A stretch of 64,000 nt of DNA from Flavobacteriales bacterium (GCA_019694795.1 JAIBBF010000001.1:262265-326264), one strand, 5' to 3'; numbered from the stretch's first letter, positions 20,393 through 31,640 are shown. Numbers and translations are program-made. Notes: a model not told the origin generated them from the sequence alone.

Positions 20393-21205
20393 ATGCCAGA
20401 AAAGGACCCTAAAGAAATGTCATTTTTCGGTCATCTCGAAGAAATGAGATGGCGACTGGTTCGTATTGCTGCAGTGGTTCTCACCTTTGCAATTTTGATT
20501 TTCATTAATACGGAATGGATCATCAATACGGTATACATCAACATGGCAAAAACCGACTTTATTACCTACCGTTGGTTTTGTGCAATCGGAAATTTTTTCG
20601 GATTAGAAGATTCACTCTGTGCCACTGAAATAAAACTGAAGTTTCAGAGTATTAAAATGACCGGACAATTCTCCACTAACATTTATTTTTCAATTGTTGG
20701 AGGAGTTGTTTTAGCCTTTCCATTTATCGTTTATCAGATTTGGGGATTTGTAAATCCGGGATTAAAAACCAATGAAAAATCTGCCACCCGTGGAATTGTA
20801 GGTTGGGCCAGTCTTCTTTTTATTCTTGGAATCGCCTTTGGATATTTCATTATTGCCCCCCTCACCGTACAATTTTTCGGAAATTATACGATGTCGGACG
20901 AAATCATGAATATTCCCACCATCGGCGATTATATTGGCATCATTACATCAACTACTTTCTGGACCGGCTTGCTGTTTGAACTACCGGTTATCATTTACAT
21001 TTTAACCCGCCTTGGAATTGTTGGTCCGGAATTTTTAAGAACCTATCGGAAACATGCTGTTGTTGTTGTTTTAATCGTATCTGCCGTTATCACTCCACCT
21101 GATTTCTTTTCGCAAATTGTAGTTGCCATTCCGATTTTATTACTCTATGAAATCAGTATTATGGTCTCGGCAAGAACGCAAAAACGATCCGCTGCTAAAT
21201 CCTAA
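20393..21205 (+). CDS. tatC: Twin-arginine translocase subunit TatC
   Basis: 270 aa with six predicted TM segments and the N-terminal FFGHLEEMRWRL motif characteristic of TatC. Confidence 0.85.
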   Translation: MPEKDPKEMSFFGHLEEMRWRLVRIAAVVLTFAILIFINTEWIINTVYINMAKTDFITYRWFCAIGNFFGLEDSLCATEIKLKFQSIKMTGQFSTNIYFSIVGGVVLAFPFIVYQIWGFVNPGLKTNEKSATRGIVGWASLLFILGIAFGYFIIAPLTVQFFGNYTMSDEIMNIPTIGDYIGIITSTTFWTGLLFELPVIIYILTRLGIVGPEFLRTYRKHAVVVVLIVSAVITPPDFFSQIVVAIPILLLYEISIMVSARTQKRSAAKS

Positions 21206-21207
21206 TT

Positions 21208-21552
21208 ATGAGCAATCCAGTAGATGATTTTAATGACTACCGAAGCAAAATGAACGAAAAGCTTCTGGGCAATGATAACCTGGTCATAAAACGATTCTTT
21301 AATTTAGATACCAATTGTTACAGCGAAGGGGTTCTCCCGGAGAAAACAAAGGAAATGTTGGGATTGGTTGCTTCCCTGGTTTTGCGTTGCGACGATTGTG
21401 TAAAATATCATTTGGAAAAATGCTATGAACTGAAAGTTTCCAGAGACGAAATGCTGGAAATAATTCAGGTTGGACTGGTCGTTGGTGGTTCCATCACCAT
21501 TCCCCACATCCGCAGAGCCTACGAATTCTGGGAAGCACTCGAAAATCGCTAA
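21208..21552 (+). CDS. Carboxymuconolactone decarboxylase / AhpD-like family protein
   Basis: 114 aa with the AhpD-core CxxCxxxH motif (CDDCVKYH). Confidence 0.7.
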   Translation: MSNPVDDFNDYRSKMNEKLLGNDNLVIKRFFNLDTNCYSEGVLPEKTKEMLGLVASLVLRCDDCVKYHLEKCYELKVSRDEMLEIIQVGLVVGGSITIPHIRRAYEFWEALENR

Positions 21553-21591
21553 AATATCCTTGGTTTTTTGCTATTTTAGGGCTGTTATAGC

Positions 21592-24072
21592 ATGAAGTCG
21601 AAAACCGGATTATTTACCCTGCTTTTATTTCTCATTGTGGGGAATAGCATCAATTTATTGGCCCAGACCACCAAGGTGAGCGGGACGGTTATTGACGCAT
21701 CCACCAAGGAACCACTACCCGGAGTTCACGTTGTGTTTACTGGAACGAAAATCGGAGTTGTTACCGATCCGGACGGAAATTATTTATTGGAATCGTATTA
21801 CAACTCAGACTCTGTTACAGCCACCTTTATCGGTTATCAAAAACAAACAAAAGCGATAAAAAAAGATAAAGCTCAAGTTGTAAATTTTGAATTAACCGTA
21901 GAAGATGAAATGCTGGATGAAATCGTGGTGCGTCCACCCGACGTTGATCCGGCAATTATGATTTTCAAAAACATCATTCGGTATAAGGATGTAAATAACC
22001 GGGAAAAACTGGCATCCTACGAATATGATGTGTACAACAAAGTTGAATTTGATTTGAACAACTTCGATGAAAAATTCATGAACCGAAAAATTCTGAAACC
22101 CCTCAGTTTTGTTTTCGAGAACATGGATTCTACAAATAACAAACCTTATTTACCACTTTTCATTACCGAATCTGTATCGGAATTTTATTTCCGGAAAAAT
22201 CCAAAAACACACAAAGAGTTTATTCAGGCCACAAAAGTATCCGGTGTAGAAAATGAAAGTGTTTCTCAGTTTTTGGGCGACATGTATCAAAACATCAACA
22301 TCTACGATAACATGGTTTCCGTATTCGGAAAAAGTTTTGTAAGTCCTGTGTCGGACCGAGGAATGTTGTATTATGATTATTTTTTGGTTGACTCCTCCTT
22401 TCTGGGTAACGATTGGTGTTATAAAATCAGATTTGTTCCAAAACGAAAACAAGAACCAACTTTTATCGGACAGTTTTGGGTAAATGATACCACTTATGCT
22501 ATTCGAAAAGTGGAAGCAAGTTTAGCAGATGAAGCCCCAATTAATTTCGTTACCTATTTCGAATTCGTTCAGGAATTTCAGCAAGTAGAAAACGAAGTCT
22601 GGATGTTGAGCAAAGATTACTTGTTAGTCGATTTTAAATTGATTGACAGTAAAAAAAACATGGGCTTTTATGGTAGAAAAACAACCTCCTATCGCAATCA
22701 TGTAATTAATCAACCTAAGGACGAATCCTTTTATGCGGGTCCAAATAACATTGTTGTAGCAGACGATGCCGACACCAAAGATGATGCCTATTGGCTAACG
22801 GCTCGTCATGATACCTTAACACAACAGGAAAAAGATATTTACGCCTTGATGGACACCATACAGGAGATTCCTCAAGTAAAAAGCACCATCAATTTAATTT
22901 CGATGTTGATTAACGGATACAAAGTTTTTGGTCCGGTGGAATGGGGTCCATATTTCACAACCATGTCATTTAACCGATTTGAGGGTCCTCGCTTCCGTTT
23001 GGGAGGAAGAACATCCAATAATTTTTCGAAACGAATCGAGTTGAATGCGTATGTAGCCTATGGCACGCGTGATGAAAAATGGAAATACAGCGGTGGTTTC
23101 AGGTATATGATCACTAAAAAACCAAGGCGACAGATGTTGTTGTTTCAATACAAATACGATTTGGAACAATTGGGAATAAGTTCAAATGCATTTCGATCGG
23201 ATAATTTACTTGCCTCCGTATTTAGAATAAATCCTGCCAATAAATTATCGATGGTGGAGGAATATAAAGGATACTATGATTTGGAGTATTATCCTGGATT
23301 AAGCAACCAATTTATGTTTCGCAGAAGAAGCATCTCGCAACTTCCGGATAGCAATTTATATCAGCGTCAAATTTCTCCAACTGAATTTGAATCCTTGAAG
23401 CATGTTACCATTTCAGAATTCACCTATTATTTGCGTTGGGCAAAAAATGAAAAATTTCTTTCCGGGGAATTCGACCGCATCTCTCTGGGGACAAAAAAAC
23501 CCATTTTCGAATTGCAATTGGCAGCCGGTATTAAAGGACTTTTCGGTGGTCAATACAACTACCAAAAAACAGTCGCCTCCATCACACAGTGGTTTCCATT
23601 AGGAACGATAGGATGGGGAAGATACCGGATTGAAGCCGGCAAATTCTGGGGTACGGTTCCTTTTCCTGTGTTAGAAATTCATCGCGGAAACGAAACATAC
23701 TACAACGATGAAATGGCATTTAACACCATGCTCTACCTGGAATTTGTAAGCGATCAGTATTTTAGTGCTTATTACACCCATCACTTCGATGGTTTCTTTC
23801 TTAATCATTTACCCTTGTTACGTCGTTTAAAATGGAGAGAAGTGGCTACCATTAAAACCTGTTGGGGGACAATTTCCAATGCCAATAGAAATGAAATTCA
23901 ATTTCCGGCCTATCTGCATTCCTTTTCAGCACAACCTTTTATGGAAGCAGCAGTAGGAATTGAAAATATTTTCAAATTTTTACGCGTGGATTTCGTTTGG
24001 AGAATGTCCTACCTCGATCATCCAAACATTGCGAAATACGGGATAAGGGCTAAATTTGATGTTGACTTCTAA
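21592..24072 (+). CDS. Outer-membrane-type protein with N-terminal carboxypeptidase-regulatory-like domain (DUF5686-like)
   Basis: 826 aa with a signal peptide and a CarboxypepD_reg-like start (KVSGTVIDASTKEPLPGVHV..GT..G..TD.DG.Y). The long beta-rich remainder ends in an aromatic residue (DVDF). Confidence 0.55.
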   Translation: MKSKTGLFTLLLFLIVGNSINLLAQTTKVSGTVIDASTKEPLPGVHVVFTGTKIGVVTDPDGNYLLESYYNSDSVTATFIGYQKQTKAIKKDKAQVVNFELTVEDEMLDEIVVRPPDVDPAIMIFKNIIRYKDVNNREKLASYEYDVYNKVEFDLNNFDEKFMNRKILKPLSFVFENMDSTNNKPYLPLFITESVSEFYFRKNPKTHKEFIQATKVSGVENESVSQFLGDMYQNINIYDNMVSVFGKSFVSPVSDRGMLYYDYFLVDSSFLGNDWCYKIRFVPKRKQEPTFIGQFWVNDTTYAIRKVEASLADEAPINFVTYFEFVQEFQQVENEVWMLSKDYLLVDFKLIDSKKNMGFYGRKTTSYRNHVINQPKDESFYAGPNNIVVADDADTKDDAYWLTARHDTLTQQEKDIYALMDTIQEIPQVKSTINLISMLINGYKVFGPVEWGPYFTTMSFNRFEGPRFRLGGRTSNNFSKRIELNAYVAYGTRDEKWKYSGGFRYMITKKPRRQMLLFQYKYDLEQLGISSNAFRSDNLLASVFRINPANKLSMVEEYKGYYDLEYYPGLSNQFMFRRRSISQLPDSNLYQRQISPTEFESLKHVTISEFTYYLRWAKNEKFLSGEFDRISLGTKKPIFELQLAAGIKGLFGGQYNYQKTVASITQWFPLGTIGWGRYRIEAGKFWGTVPFPVLEIHRGNETYYNDEMAFNTMLYLEFVSDQYFSAYYTHHFDGFFLNHLPLLRRLKWREVATIKTCWGTISNANRNEIQFPAYLHSFSAQPFMEAAVGIENIFKFLRVDFVWRMSYLDHPNIAKYGIRAKFDVDF

Positions 24073-24075
24073 GCT

Positions 24076-24813
24076 ATGAAACTCTGGACCCGACAAATAT
24101 TTAAGCAGTATAAAAACCGTGTGGTAGTAAACGGGGTATCCGTAGAAGTAAAACAAGGAGAAATCGTCGGTTTACTTGGTCCCAACGGAGCGGGAAAAAC
24201 AACTTCATTTTACATGATCGTTGGCCTGATTAAACCGGATAGCGGAAATGTATTTCTGGACGATGAAGACATCACCGGCGAGCCCATGTACAAACGGGCG
24301 CAAAAGGGTATCGGATATTTACCACAAGAGGTTTCCGTTTTCCGGAAATTAAGTGTAGAGGATAATATACTCGCGGTTCTCGAAACAAGGGGATTGAATA
24401 AGGCAGATCGAAATTTCCGACTGGAAGAATTACTTGAAGAATTCTCTTTAAATCATGTTAGAAAAAATTTAGGTATTAAACTTTCGGGTGGTGAAAAAAG
24501 AAGGACAGAAATTGCACGCGCTTTAGCCTCCGATCCTAAATTCATTTTGTTGGATGAACCTTTTGCAGGAGTAGACCCCATCGCAGTTGAAGACATCCAA
24601 AGTATCGTTGCCAAATTAAAGCTGAAAAACATCGGTGTATTAATTACCGATCACAACGTGCAGGAAACACTTTCTATTACCGACCGCGCCTATTTATTAT
24701 TCGAAGGAAAAATTTTAATGCAGGGAACTGCAGAAGAATTGGCGGCCAACGAAATGGTTCGAAAAGTTTATCTCGGTCAACATTTCCAATTGCGCAGAAA
24801 AAATTATTTCTGA
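24076..24813 (+). CDS. lptB: LPS export ABC transporter ATP-binding protein LptB
   Basis: 245 aa with Walker [10 protein letters not shown], the signature LSGGEKRR and Walker B ILLDEP. Size and the C-terminal tail fit LptB. Confidence 0.85.
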   Translation: MKLWTRQIFKQYKNRVVVNGVSVEVKQGEIVGLLGPNGAGKTTSFYMIVGLIKPDSGNVFLDDEDITGEPMYKRAQKGIGYLPQEVSVFRKLSVEDNILAVLETRGLNKADRNFRLEELLEEFSLNHVRKNLGIKLSGGEKRRTEIARALASDPKFILLDEPFAGVDPIAVEDIQSIVAKLKLKNIGVLITDHNVQETLSITDRAYLLFEGKILMQGTAEELAANEMVRKVYLGQHFQLRRKNYF

Positions 24814-25332
24814 TTAAATGGCAAGTCGAAACGACTCCATCATCTTTTTCATATCCTCTTTATACCAGTTTGTCCTGGCACCGGTGGTTGTCCACGCTGT
24901 TTGAATGTAAAAATCCTGAGCCCCTTCTACAATCACTACCTGATAAGAAATACTTTGAGCAATGTCAGGTTTACCGGTTACTTCAAAACGATAGGCTTTC
25001 AGTCCACCACAGGTGATTTCACCATGATCCGTATTCGAAGATTTTTTCAAATTCTCCGTCATACTTTTCATCAACTCTTTCGAAAATGCAACCAGATTAA
25101 ATTCAACACCGGCATCCGATAACTCCGATTTTTTCCGCTTATCAATCATAAAATACAATTCCCTGGCCTGATTTTCTAATTGAACTAAAGCATCCGGAGC
25201 AAGTTCATGAGTAACCGTCATGTAATTCGGAACTTCAATTGAAACGCCTCCTTCAAATGTTTTTCTTTCCCAGGTAACACTACCGCAGGAAAACATCAGT
25301 AAACCAAAAAATAATACTATTGCTCTTTTCAT
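24814..25332 (-). CDS. Hypothetical lipoprotein
   Basis: 172 aa with a signal peptide and lipobox (LLMFSCGS). Its stop abuts the lptB stop with zero spacing. Confidence 0.5.
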   Translation of the reverse strand: MKRAIVLFFGLLMFSCGSVTWERKTFEGGVSIEVPNYMTVTHELAPDALVQLENQARELYFMIDKRKKSELSDAGVEFNLVAFSKELMKSMTENLKKSSNTDHGEITCGGLKAYRFEVTGKPDIAQSISYQVVIVEGAQDFYIQTAWTTTGARTNWYKEDMKKMMESFRLAI

Positions 25333-25341
25333 ATCACAAAC

Positions 25342-26034
25342 TTACTCATCTTGCAATCTGAATCCAACTCCATGCACATTGGTGATGGTAACTTTTTCAT
25401 CATCCTTAAGGTATTTCCGCAATTTGGTGAGGAAAACATCCAAACTCCGCCCATTAAAATAATTATCGTCGCCCCAAATCATATTTAACACCAGCTCTCT
25501 GGGTAAAACTTCACCTTTGTGTGCGCACAATAATTTCAATATTTCTGCTTCCTTCTTTGTCAATTTTTGTTCGTTTCCATCTATTTTTAAATTGTAATTG
25601 GACGAATCAAATACATATTTTCCAATTGTAAAAACATCTTTATTTTGCTCAACTGCGGGCTTTATGCGTTTTAAAATAGCTTCAATCCGCAACAATAATT
25701 CCTCAGTGGAAAATGGCTTTGTAATGTAATCATCACCACCGCTTCTAAATCCCTTAATTTTATCTTCGGTCATTGATTTCGCCGTTAAAAAAATAATAGG
25801 AATTTCTTTATTCGTTTTACGAATATCTTCTGCCAAACTAAATCCATCCTTGTAGGGCAGCATCACATCCAGTAAACAAAGATCAAACTTACCTTCATTA
25901 AATTGCTTTAATCCCTGTTTCCCATCCGACGACAACACCACTTTGTAGCCGCTCATTTTCAAATTATCCTGCACTACAAATCCAAGATTCATATCGTCTT
26001 CTACCAATAATATCGTTGCTTTTTGATCAGGCAT
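25342..26034 (-). CDS. OmpR/PhoB-family response regulator
   Basis: 230 aa. The receiver domain has the DD...D...K pattern (LLVEDD, LLDVMLP), followed by a winged-helix output domain (LT.KE..IL..L). Confidence 0.9.
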   Translation of the reverse strand: MPDQKATILLVEDDMNLGFVVQDNLKMSGYKVVLSSDGKQGLKQFNEGKFDLCLLDVMLPYKDGFSLAEDIRKTNKEIPIIFLTAKSMTEDKIKGFRSGGDDYITKPFSTEELLLRIEAILKRIKPAVEQNKDVFTIGKYVFDSSNYNLKIDGNEQKLTKKEAEILKLLCAHKGEVLPRELVLNMIWGDDNYFNGRSLDVFLTKLRKYLKDDEKVTITNVHGVGFRLQDE

Positions 26035-26040
26035 AATTTT

Positions 26041-27369
26041 CTATTTTATATTAAACGGTAACTCCAAAATAAAACGGCTTCCCTTTTCCGGCTCACTTTC
26101 CACATGAATAGTTCCACCGTGTTCTTCTGTCATAACTTTTACATAATACAATCCCAATCCAAATCCTTTCACATTGTGAACATTTCCGGTTGGCACCCTA
26201 TAAAATTTATCAAAAATATGACGAAGCACATCCTTGCTCATTCCGATTCCATTATCAGAAATCACAATTCGAATTCCTCGTTGTGTATTCTCTGTAGAAA
26301 CGCGGATCAAGGGATCCACCGGCGAATACTTCCGCGCATTATCAATCAGGTTATATAAAATATTTGTAAGGTGAACTTTATCGCCGTTCACCAAATATTT
26401 TTCGGCATTCAAATTCAATTCAAGCACACCACCCGAAGCTTCAACGGCAATCTTAAAATTATCAACGCAATTTTTAATCAGATCATGAATATCAATTTCA
26501 GATTTGCGCAATACAATTTTTTCCTTTTCCAAGGTTGCCATCTGCAATACACGCTCTACCTGATTCTCCAGTCGTTTATTCTCATTAAAAATGATTTTCG
26601 CATATTGGTGTATTCGGTTCGGATCATTGGAAATATTGTCGCGCAATAGCACTTCTGCAGATAGAGAAATTGTACTAATCGGCGTTTTTAATTCGTGAGT
26701 CATATTATTAATAAAATCCGTCTTCACATCTGCTAATCGCTTTTGTTGCAGAATTAAAAACACGGCATAACCGAAAAACCCGATTACGATTAAAACAATT
26801 ACCGATGAATACAGCCACACATTTAATTCCGGTTGTGAAACGTTGCCTTTAAATCCAGCTCTATTGGGAAAAAACACACTGAAATAATGCGCGTCCTTGT
26901 CCCACTTAATATCTGGCTTTTTACTCACATCATTTTCCTTGCTTTCATCCATCGAAACGTATTTACCATACACTAATGAATCGGTAAAGCAATCGTAAAT
27001 AGCATATTCAAAATCTTCCTTAATGTTACTCTTGGCAAATTCCTGTTGTAAAAAACTCTCAAGAATATATGGATGCAATGTGTCGTTGATCCGGACCACA
27101 AAATAATTGGACTGCACCTGCTCAACGTTGTTAAATAAATCGGACGGATCGTTGTAAAAATCCAAAATACGGTCGGCAACATTACTTAATGCAATTGTAA
27201 CGCGATCATTAAATATTTTTTCCTGCTGACTATATTCCCTTTCCTGCAACAACTCCTCATTCTTTTGGGCAATTAATGCTTTATTCACCCAATAAATCTG
27301 AATTCCCACAATCCCAATCAGAGAAAGCGTTCCCAGCAACAATAAGGATCTGAATGTACGTGGTTTCAC
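26041..27369 (-). CDS. Sensor histidine kinase
   Basis: 442 aa with two TM segments, the H-box HELKTPIS, and N/G boxes (DNGIGM, GFGLGL). Confidence 0.9.
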   Translation of the reverse strand: MKPRTFRSLLLLGTLSLIGIVGIQIYWVNKALIAQKNEELLQEREYSQQEKIFNDRVTIALSNVADRILDFYNDPSDLFNNVEQVQSNYFVVRINDTLHPYILESFLQQEFAKSNIKEDFEYAIYDCFTDSLVYGKYVSMDESKENDVSKKPDIKWDKDAHYFSVFFPNRAGFKGNVSQPELNVWLYSSVIVLIVIGFFGYAVFLILQQKRLADVKTDFINNMTHELKTPISTISLSAEVLLRDNISNDPNRIHQYAKIIFNENKRLENQVERVLQMATLEKEKIVLRKSEIDIHDLIKNCVDNFKIAVEASGGVLELNLNAEKYLVNGDKVHLTNILYNLIDNARKYSPVDPLIRVSTENTQRGIRIVISDNGIGMSKDVLRHIFDKFYRVPTGNVHNVKGFGLGLYYVKVMTEEHGGTIHVESEPEKGSRFILELPFNIK

Positions 27370-27391
27370 GGCGGTTGAATAATTGGCAAAA

Positions 27392-27422
27392 TAAAAAAAA
27401 AGCCCCCGATAAACGAGGGCTT
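27392..27422 (-). terminator. Intrinsic terminator of 27446-27769
   Basis: Hairpin aagcccccg-ataaa-cgagggctt, with a T-run on the minus strand (A9 on plus). Confidence 0.65.
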
Positions 27423-27445
27423 AACAAGTCTATAACAAGTTACGG

Positions 27446-27769
27446 TTATTTCTTTTTAATTGTAATTATTTCAGCAGGCATTCCCACTGTACAACCTTCT
27501 GGGTTAGGCATTCTAAGCTGACGATAAGAAAACATGATTTTGAGTCCATCAACATCAAATTTACCCAAGGAATTACTTGGAATTAATACCAAGGTATCCG
27601 CTTCCGGTTGGGCAACCTTAATTACCGTTTTACAACCACCGGCTCTGTATTGATGAGATACAGTTCCTTCGCTTAAATTCTGCATGGGGTCAGTTGCTTT
27701 TTTAGAGGATTTACACGATAAAAAAAACAGTCCCAGGCTTACCGATATCAGTACAAAAACATATTTCAT
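27446..27769 (-). CDS. Small hypothetical lipoprotein
   Basis: 107 aa with a signal peptide and lipobox (LFFLSCKS). It lies 16 nt downstream of 27786-29597 on the same strand. Confidence 0.5.
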   Translation of the reverse strand: MKYVFVLISVSLGLFFLSCKSSKKATDPMQNLSEGTVSHQYRAGGCKTVIKVAQPEADTLVLIPSNSLGKFDVDGLKIMFSYRQLRMPNPEGCTVGMPAEIITIKKK

Positions 27770-27785
27770 AAACTGTGAAAATCAA

Positions 27786-29597
27786 TTATTGTACCACAAC
27801 CTTAACAACGTTTTGGAAATTCTCATTTCCAACACGAATCAAATAAGCCCCGGCCGCAAGTCCGGAGATATTAATCTGAGATTTAAATTCTCCATTCACA
27901 GGTACAACCTGTGATGCAGAAATTAATTTTCCTTGCACATCAAATAAATCTACAGCAACTTTTTCCTGACTCGGAATTTGACTTGCATTCACAAGCAGGG
28001 AAGTTCCATTTTGATTCACGGTAATTTCTCCTCGTACTTGTTTATCATCAAGTCCGGAAGCACCTGCTATTCGGAATGAAAAAATTCTGGTTTTTCTACT
28101 TGCAGAAATATACTCGCCGGTATGCCAGAATGTAAGACCATCCGGATCAAGTGTAGTTTGAGAATAATCACCGAATCGGTTAACGTTTGTTTGCGCAGAA
28201 GTTCCTGTAGCTGCAGTTTGTTCTACAAATGTCATTTGTCCAAGCGGATCACTTGCAAGTCGTCCTGTATAACGGATGCTTGGAAAAGTGGATGAACTGG
28301 AAACGGCATAAGCAAGCCCAATGTTCCCTTGATTGTCCATGGCGATACTTCCCACCCATCTGCTTTCCGTTGTCGGCGCATATGTTCCTTCCTGATAAAT
28401 ACTCCAAACACCGGTGGCCGTATTCTGTCTTAATTCATACCAGCGAATACCTGCTTGTCCGGTTCCTGCATTTACCTTTACTACGTTACACAACATCACC
28501 GTATTGTAACCCGTCCAGCGCATATACTGTGCACGGTAGGTAAACACTCCTGCAATAGCATCCAGTTTTTGTGAAGTTCCGGGTTGTGTAATATCGTTCC
28601 AAGTGGTAGTAAATACTGCGTCGAAGGGAGTAGTAGGAAGGGTTTGATCCAATACCAATGTAGCCGTTCCGCCTGTCCAGTCGCAAGTCATTTTGTAAAC
28701 ACGGATCTGATCGGTATTACCTGAATTCCATCCGTCGTCTTCGAAAGTGAAAACCGGACATGGCGTTCCTGCCGGAGGCAATGCTCCGTCTGCATCTCCT
28801 GCAAGTGCACAGAAAAATCCGTTAGAAGGTGTAGAAGGCATGGATTTCACAATCATACCAGCCGTTGGATCGCCGGTTAAAATTTTTGCGCGCTCAAATA
28901 CAACAACGCGCTTGGTGGTATAATTCGATGTCATGTAATACCCATCATGCCAGATGGAAAATTTCGGATAATCCGGAAACTGATTCGACACCGGAATAAA
29001 GGTATAGGCATAATAGGTTCCGAGCGGATCCGGCGAGGTACTCACCGCAATCAATATTTTATTTCCTGTAATTTGAAACTGAGAAATAAACCAACGATCA
29101 GCGTGACGATCATACATTACAATTGGATCACCATCGTTGGCAGAACCGGACCATAAGGTACTTAAGTTGGATGCTGATGCTAATGCGGTGCCTGATTTAT
29201 TGTAAACGCGATAGGAAGTATTTACGGCTTGCACATAGTGATTAGGACCTGCAGCTCCGGAGGGATCTGGTGGAATAGCTCCTCCACTACCATTCCATGC
29301 CACCAATGGTGATCTGAACGAACGCTCTCCCATTTGAGTTTGAGCGATAGGGTCATTTCCTAAAGGAAGCGCATTGGGATTGTTTTTTTCAAAAGCCATC
29401 CGATTGTTATGCACTTCAATTTCATCTCCCTTTTCTGCATTTTTATCAGGATACATTTCAATTAATTCACGCAATGGCATAGTGATTTCAAAACTCGCAC
29501 ATCGAATAAAATAATTATCATTTTCTTTTTGCTGGGCATAAGCCAACGAGCCCGAAAAGAAAAGGGCCAGAGTGAGTATTCTTGTTTTCATTCGCAA
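27786..29597 (-). CDS. T9SS-sorted secreted protein of unknown function
   Basis: 603 aa with a signal peptide (LAYAQQ). The C-terminal roughly 80 aa match the T9SS type A sorting-domain pattern (...DLFDVQGKLI...GAYLIRV...). Confidence 0.6.
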   Translation of the reverse strand: MRMKTRILTLALFFSGSLAYAQQKENDNYFIRCASFEITMPLRELIEMYPDKNAEKGDEIEVHNNRMAFEKNNPNALPLGNDPIAQTQMGERSFRSPLVAWNGSGGAIPPDPSGAAGPNHYVQAVNTSYRVYNKSGTALASASNLSTLWSGSANDGDPIVMYDRHADRWFISQFQITGNKILIAVSTSPDPLGTYYAYTFIPVSNQFPDYPKFSIWHDGYYMTSNYTTKRVVVFERAKILTGDPTAGMIVKSMPSTPSNGFFCALAGDADGALPPAGTPCPVFTFEDDGWNSGNTDQIRVYKMTCDWTGGTATLVLDQTLPTTPFDAVFTTTWNDITQPGTSQKLDAIAGVFTYRAQYMRWTGYNTVMLCNVVKVNAGTGQAGIRWYELRQNTATGVWSIYQEGTYAPTTESRWVGSIAMDNQGNIGLAYAVSSSSTFPSIRYTGRLASDPLGQMTFVEQTAATGTSAQTNVNRFGDYSQTTLDPDGLTFWHTGEYISASRKTRIFSFRIAGASGLDDKQVRGEITVNQNGTSLLVNASQIPSQEKVAVDLFDVQGKLISASQVVPVNGEFKSQINISGLAAGAYLIRVGNENFQNVVKVVVQ

Positions 29598-29665
29598 CTT
29601 TTTATTGGGAACAAATTAAGAATAAAAGAGGAAAAAGAAAAAGAAAATGAAGGAACGGAAAGGGT

Positions 29666-31576
29666 TTACAACTGACTGTTTAACTCTTCCCATTCTAAAA
29701 ACAAGGACTCCAGCAACTTCTTAACATCATCATATCTTGATGTCAATGTTTTTGTTTTTTCCTCATTGGAAAAATCATTCACCGCTAAATCCTGCTCAGC
29801 TATTTTTAACTGCTGCTCCTTTTCGCTGATTTCCTTTTCCAACTTTTCTATTCTGTTCTGAATTTTTTTCTTGTCCTTTTCGTTCGATTTCACCTCAACA
29901 TTCGGAACATTGACTGCTTTTTCAGCACTTTTTTTCTCCTTTTTGATGTGCTCAAACTCTGCAATACTTTCATTCTTTTTCATCACCAGGAATTCATCCA
30001 CCGACATGTGATGAACACCTACTTTTCCATTTTTCATTTCGAAAATACGCGAGGTTAAACCCGACAAGAAATCACGATCGTGCGATACAAGAAGTAAAGT
30101 TCCGTCATAATTTTTCAATGCGTTTTTCAGCACTTCCTTACTCGCTAAATCAAGGTGATTGGTCGGCTCATCGAGAATCAGAAAATTCACCGGCGACAAC
30201 AACAATTTGCAAAGCGCCAGTCTGGTTTTTTCTCCACCCGAAAGCACAGAAACTTTTTTCTCAATATCATCTCCGCCAAATAAAAAGGCACCTAATAATC
30301 CTCTTACACTTTTTCTAATTTCACCCTGTGCCTCATCGTCAATGGTTTCAAAAACCGTTTTATTCCGATCCAGTTTTTCCGCTTCATTTTGTGCAAAATA
30401 TCCAATGGATACCTGGTGACCTAAATTCAATTCTCCTTCAAAATTTTCTCTGCCGGTAATGAGTTTGGTCAATGTCGTTTTACCTGCACCATTTTTCCCT
30501 ACCAGTGCAATTTTTTCGCCTCTTCCAATTATCAAATCCAATCCATTAAACACCGATTTATTTTCGTATGTTTTGCTCAGGTCTTTAGTTTCCAAAACCA
30601 CTTTTCCCGAATGGGGAGCTGCCGGAAAACGGATGTTTATTTTAGCTGCTTCAAAATCATCAATTTCAACTTTCTCTATACGATCCAGTTTCTTCATTAA
30701 GCTTTGAGCAAATGCTGCTTTACTCGCCTTTGCGCGAAACTTATCAATTAATTGTTCGGTCTCCTTAATGAATTTTTCCTGATTCTTTTTAGCGGATTTT
30801 TGTAGCTCAATTTCTTGTCTCCGCAACTCCACATATTTCGAATAGGAGGCCTTATAATCGTATGCTTTCCCATTGGATATTTCAATGGTTCGTTTCGTAA
30901 CTGAATCAAGAAACCTTCTATCGTGCGAAATAAGCAATATTGCGCCACGGTGTGATAATAAAAAATCCTCAAGCCATTGAATCGATTCAATATCCAAATG
31001 GTTCGTGGGCTCATCCAGCAACAATAATTCAGGACTCTGTAAAAGTATTTTAGCGAGCTCTACACGCATTTTCCAGCCCCCACTGAACTCCGACATCTTT
31101 CGTGTTAGATCTTTTCGTTCAAACCCCAATCCAAACAAAACACGTTCAACTTCTTCATCCACATTTGCCGCACCAATCATATTTAGCCGTTCATTCAGAT
31201 CGCTGATCAGGTTCAGGATTTCTCCATATTCCTCCGATTCATAATCTTCGCGGGTCACCAATTCTTCGTTGAGCTGGTCCAGCTTAATGGTAATCTCATT
31301 GTATTCTGCCAAGGCGGATTTTGCTTCCTCAAATATCTCTGCCTCTTCATGATGATGCATTTCCTGTGGCAAATAACCAATGGTTAATCCTTTCGGCATC
31401 GCCACCGCTCCGGAATCAGGTTTCTGAGTACCTGCAAATATTTTTAACAAGGTTGACTTCCCCGCTCCGTTTCTACCTGTTAAACCAATCCGGTCATCTT
31501 TATTAATCATAAATGATAACTCATCGTACAGGACTCTGTCGCCAAAATGTATTGATATGCCGTTTACTGAAATCAT
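29666..31576 (-). CDS. ABC-F family ATPase (two ABC domains, C-terminal coiled coil)
   Basis: Two Walker A sites (GRNGAGKST, GKNGAGKTT) and two signatures (FSGGWKMR, LSGGEKTR). The likely start is the Met at 31576 (MISVNGI...), although the ORF extends to 31627. Confidence 0.85.
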   Translation of the reverse strand: MISVNGISIHFGDRVLYDELSFMINKDDRIGLTGRNGAGKSTLLKIFAGTQKPDSGAVAMPKGLTIGYLPQEMHHHEEAEIFEEAKSALAEYNEITIKLDQLNEELVTREDYESEEYGEILNLISDLNERLNMIGAANVDEEVERVLFGLGFERKDLTRKMSEFSGGWKMRVELAKILLQSPELLLLDEPTNHLDIESIQWLEDFLLSHRGAILLISHDRRFLDSVTKRTIEISNGKAYDYKASYSKYVELRRQEIELQKSAKKNQEKFIKETEQLIDKFRAKASKAAFAQSLMKKLDRIEKVEIDDFEAAKINIRFPAAPHSGKVVLETKDLSKTYENKSVFNGLDLIIGRGEKIALVGKNGAGKTTLTKLITGRENFEGELNLGHQVSIGYFAQNEAEKLDRNKTVFETIDDEAQGEIRKSVRGLLGAFLFGGDDIEKKVSVLSGGEKTRLALCKLLLSPVNFLILDEPTNHLDLASKEVLKNALKNYDGTLLLVSHDRDFLSGLTSRIFEMKNGKVGVHHMSVDEFLVMKKNESIAEFEHIKKEKKSAEKAVNVPNVEVKSNEKDKKKIQNRIEKLEKEISEKEQQLKIAEQDLAVNDFSNEEKTKTLTSRYDDVKKLLESLFLEWEELNSQL

Positions 31577-31603
31577 GGCCGCGAAATTAGTTAAAAGGAG
31601 CGC

Positions 31604-31640
31604 CCTAAAAAAGAAAAGGCCCCTCAATGAGGAGCCTTTT
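31604..31640 (-). terminator. Probable intrinsic terminator of the gld operon
   Basis: Imperfect hairpin aaaaggcccctc/gaggagcctttt, with a T-rich tract on the minus strand. Confidence 0.5.
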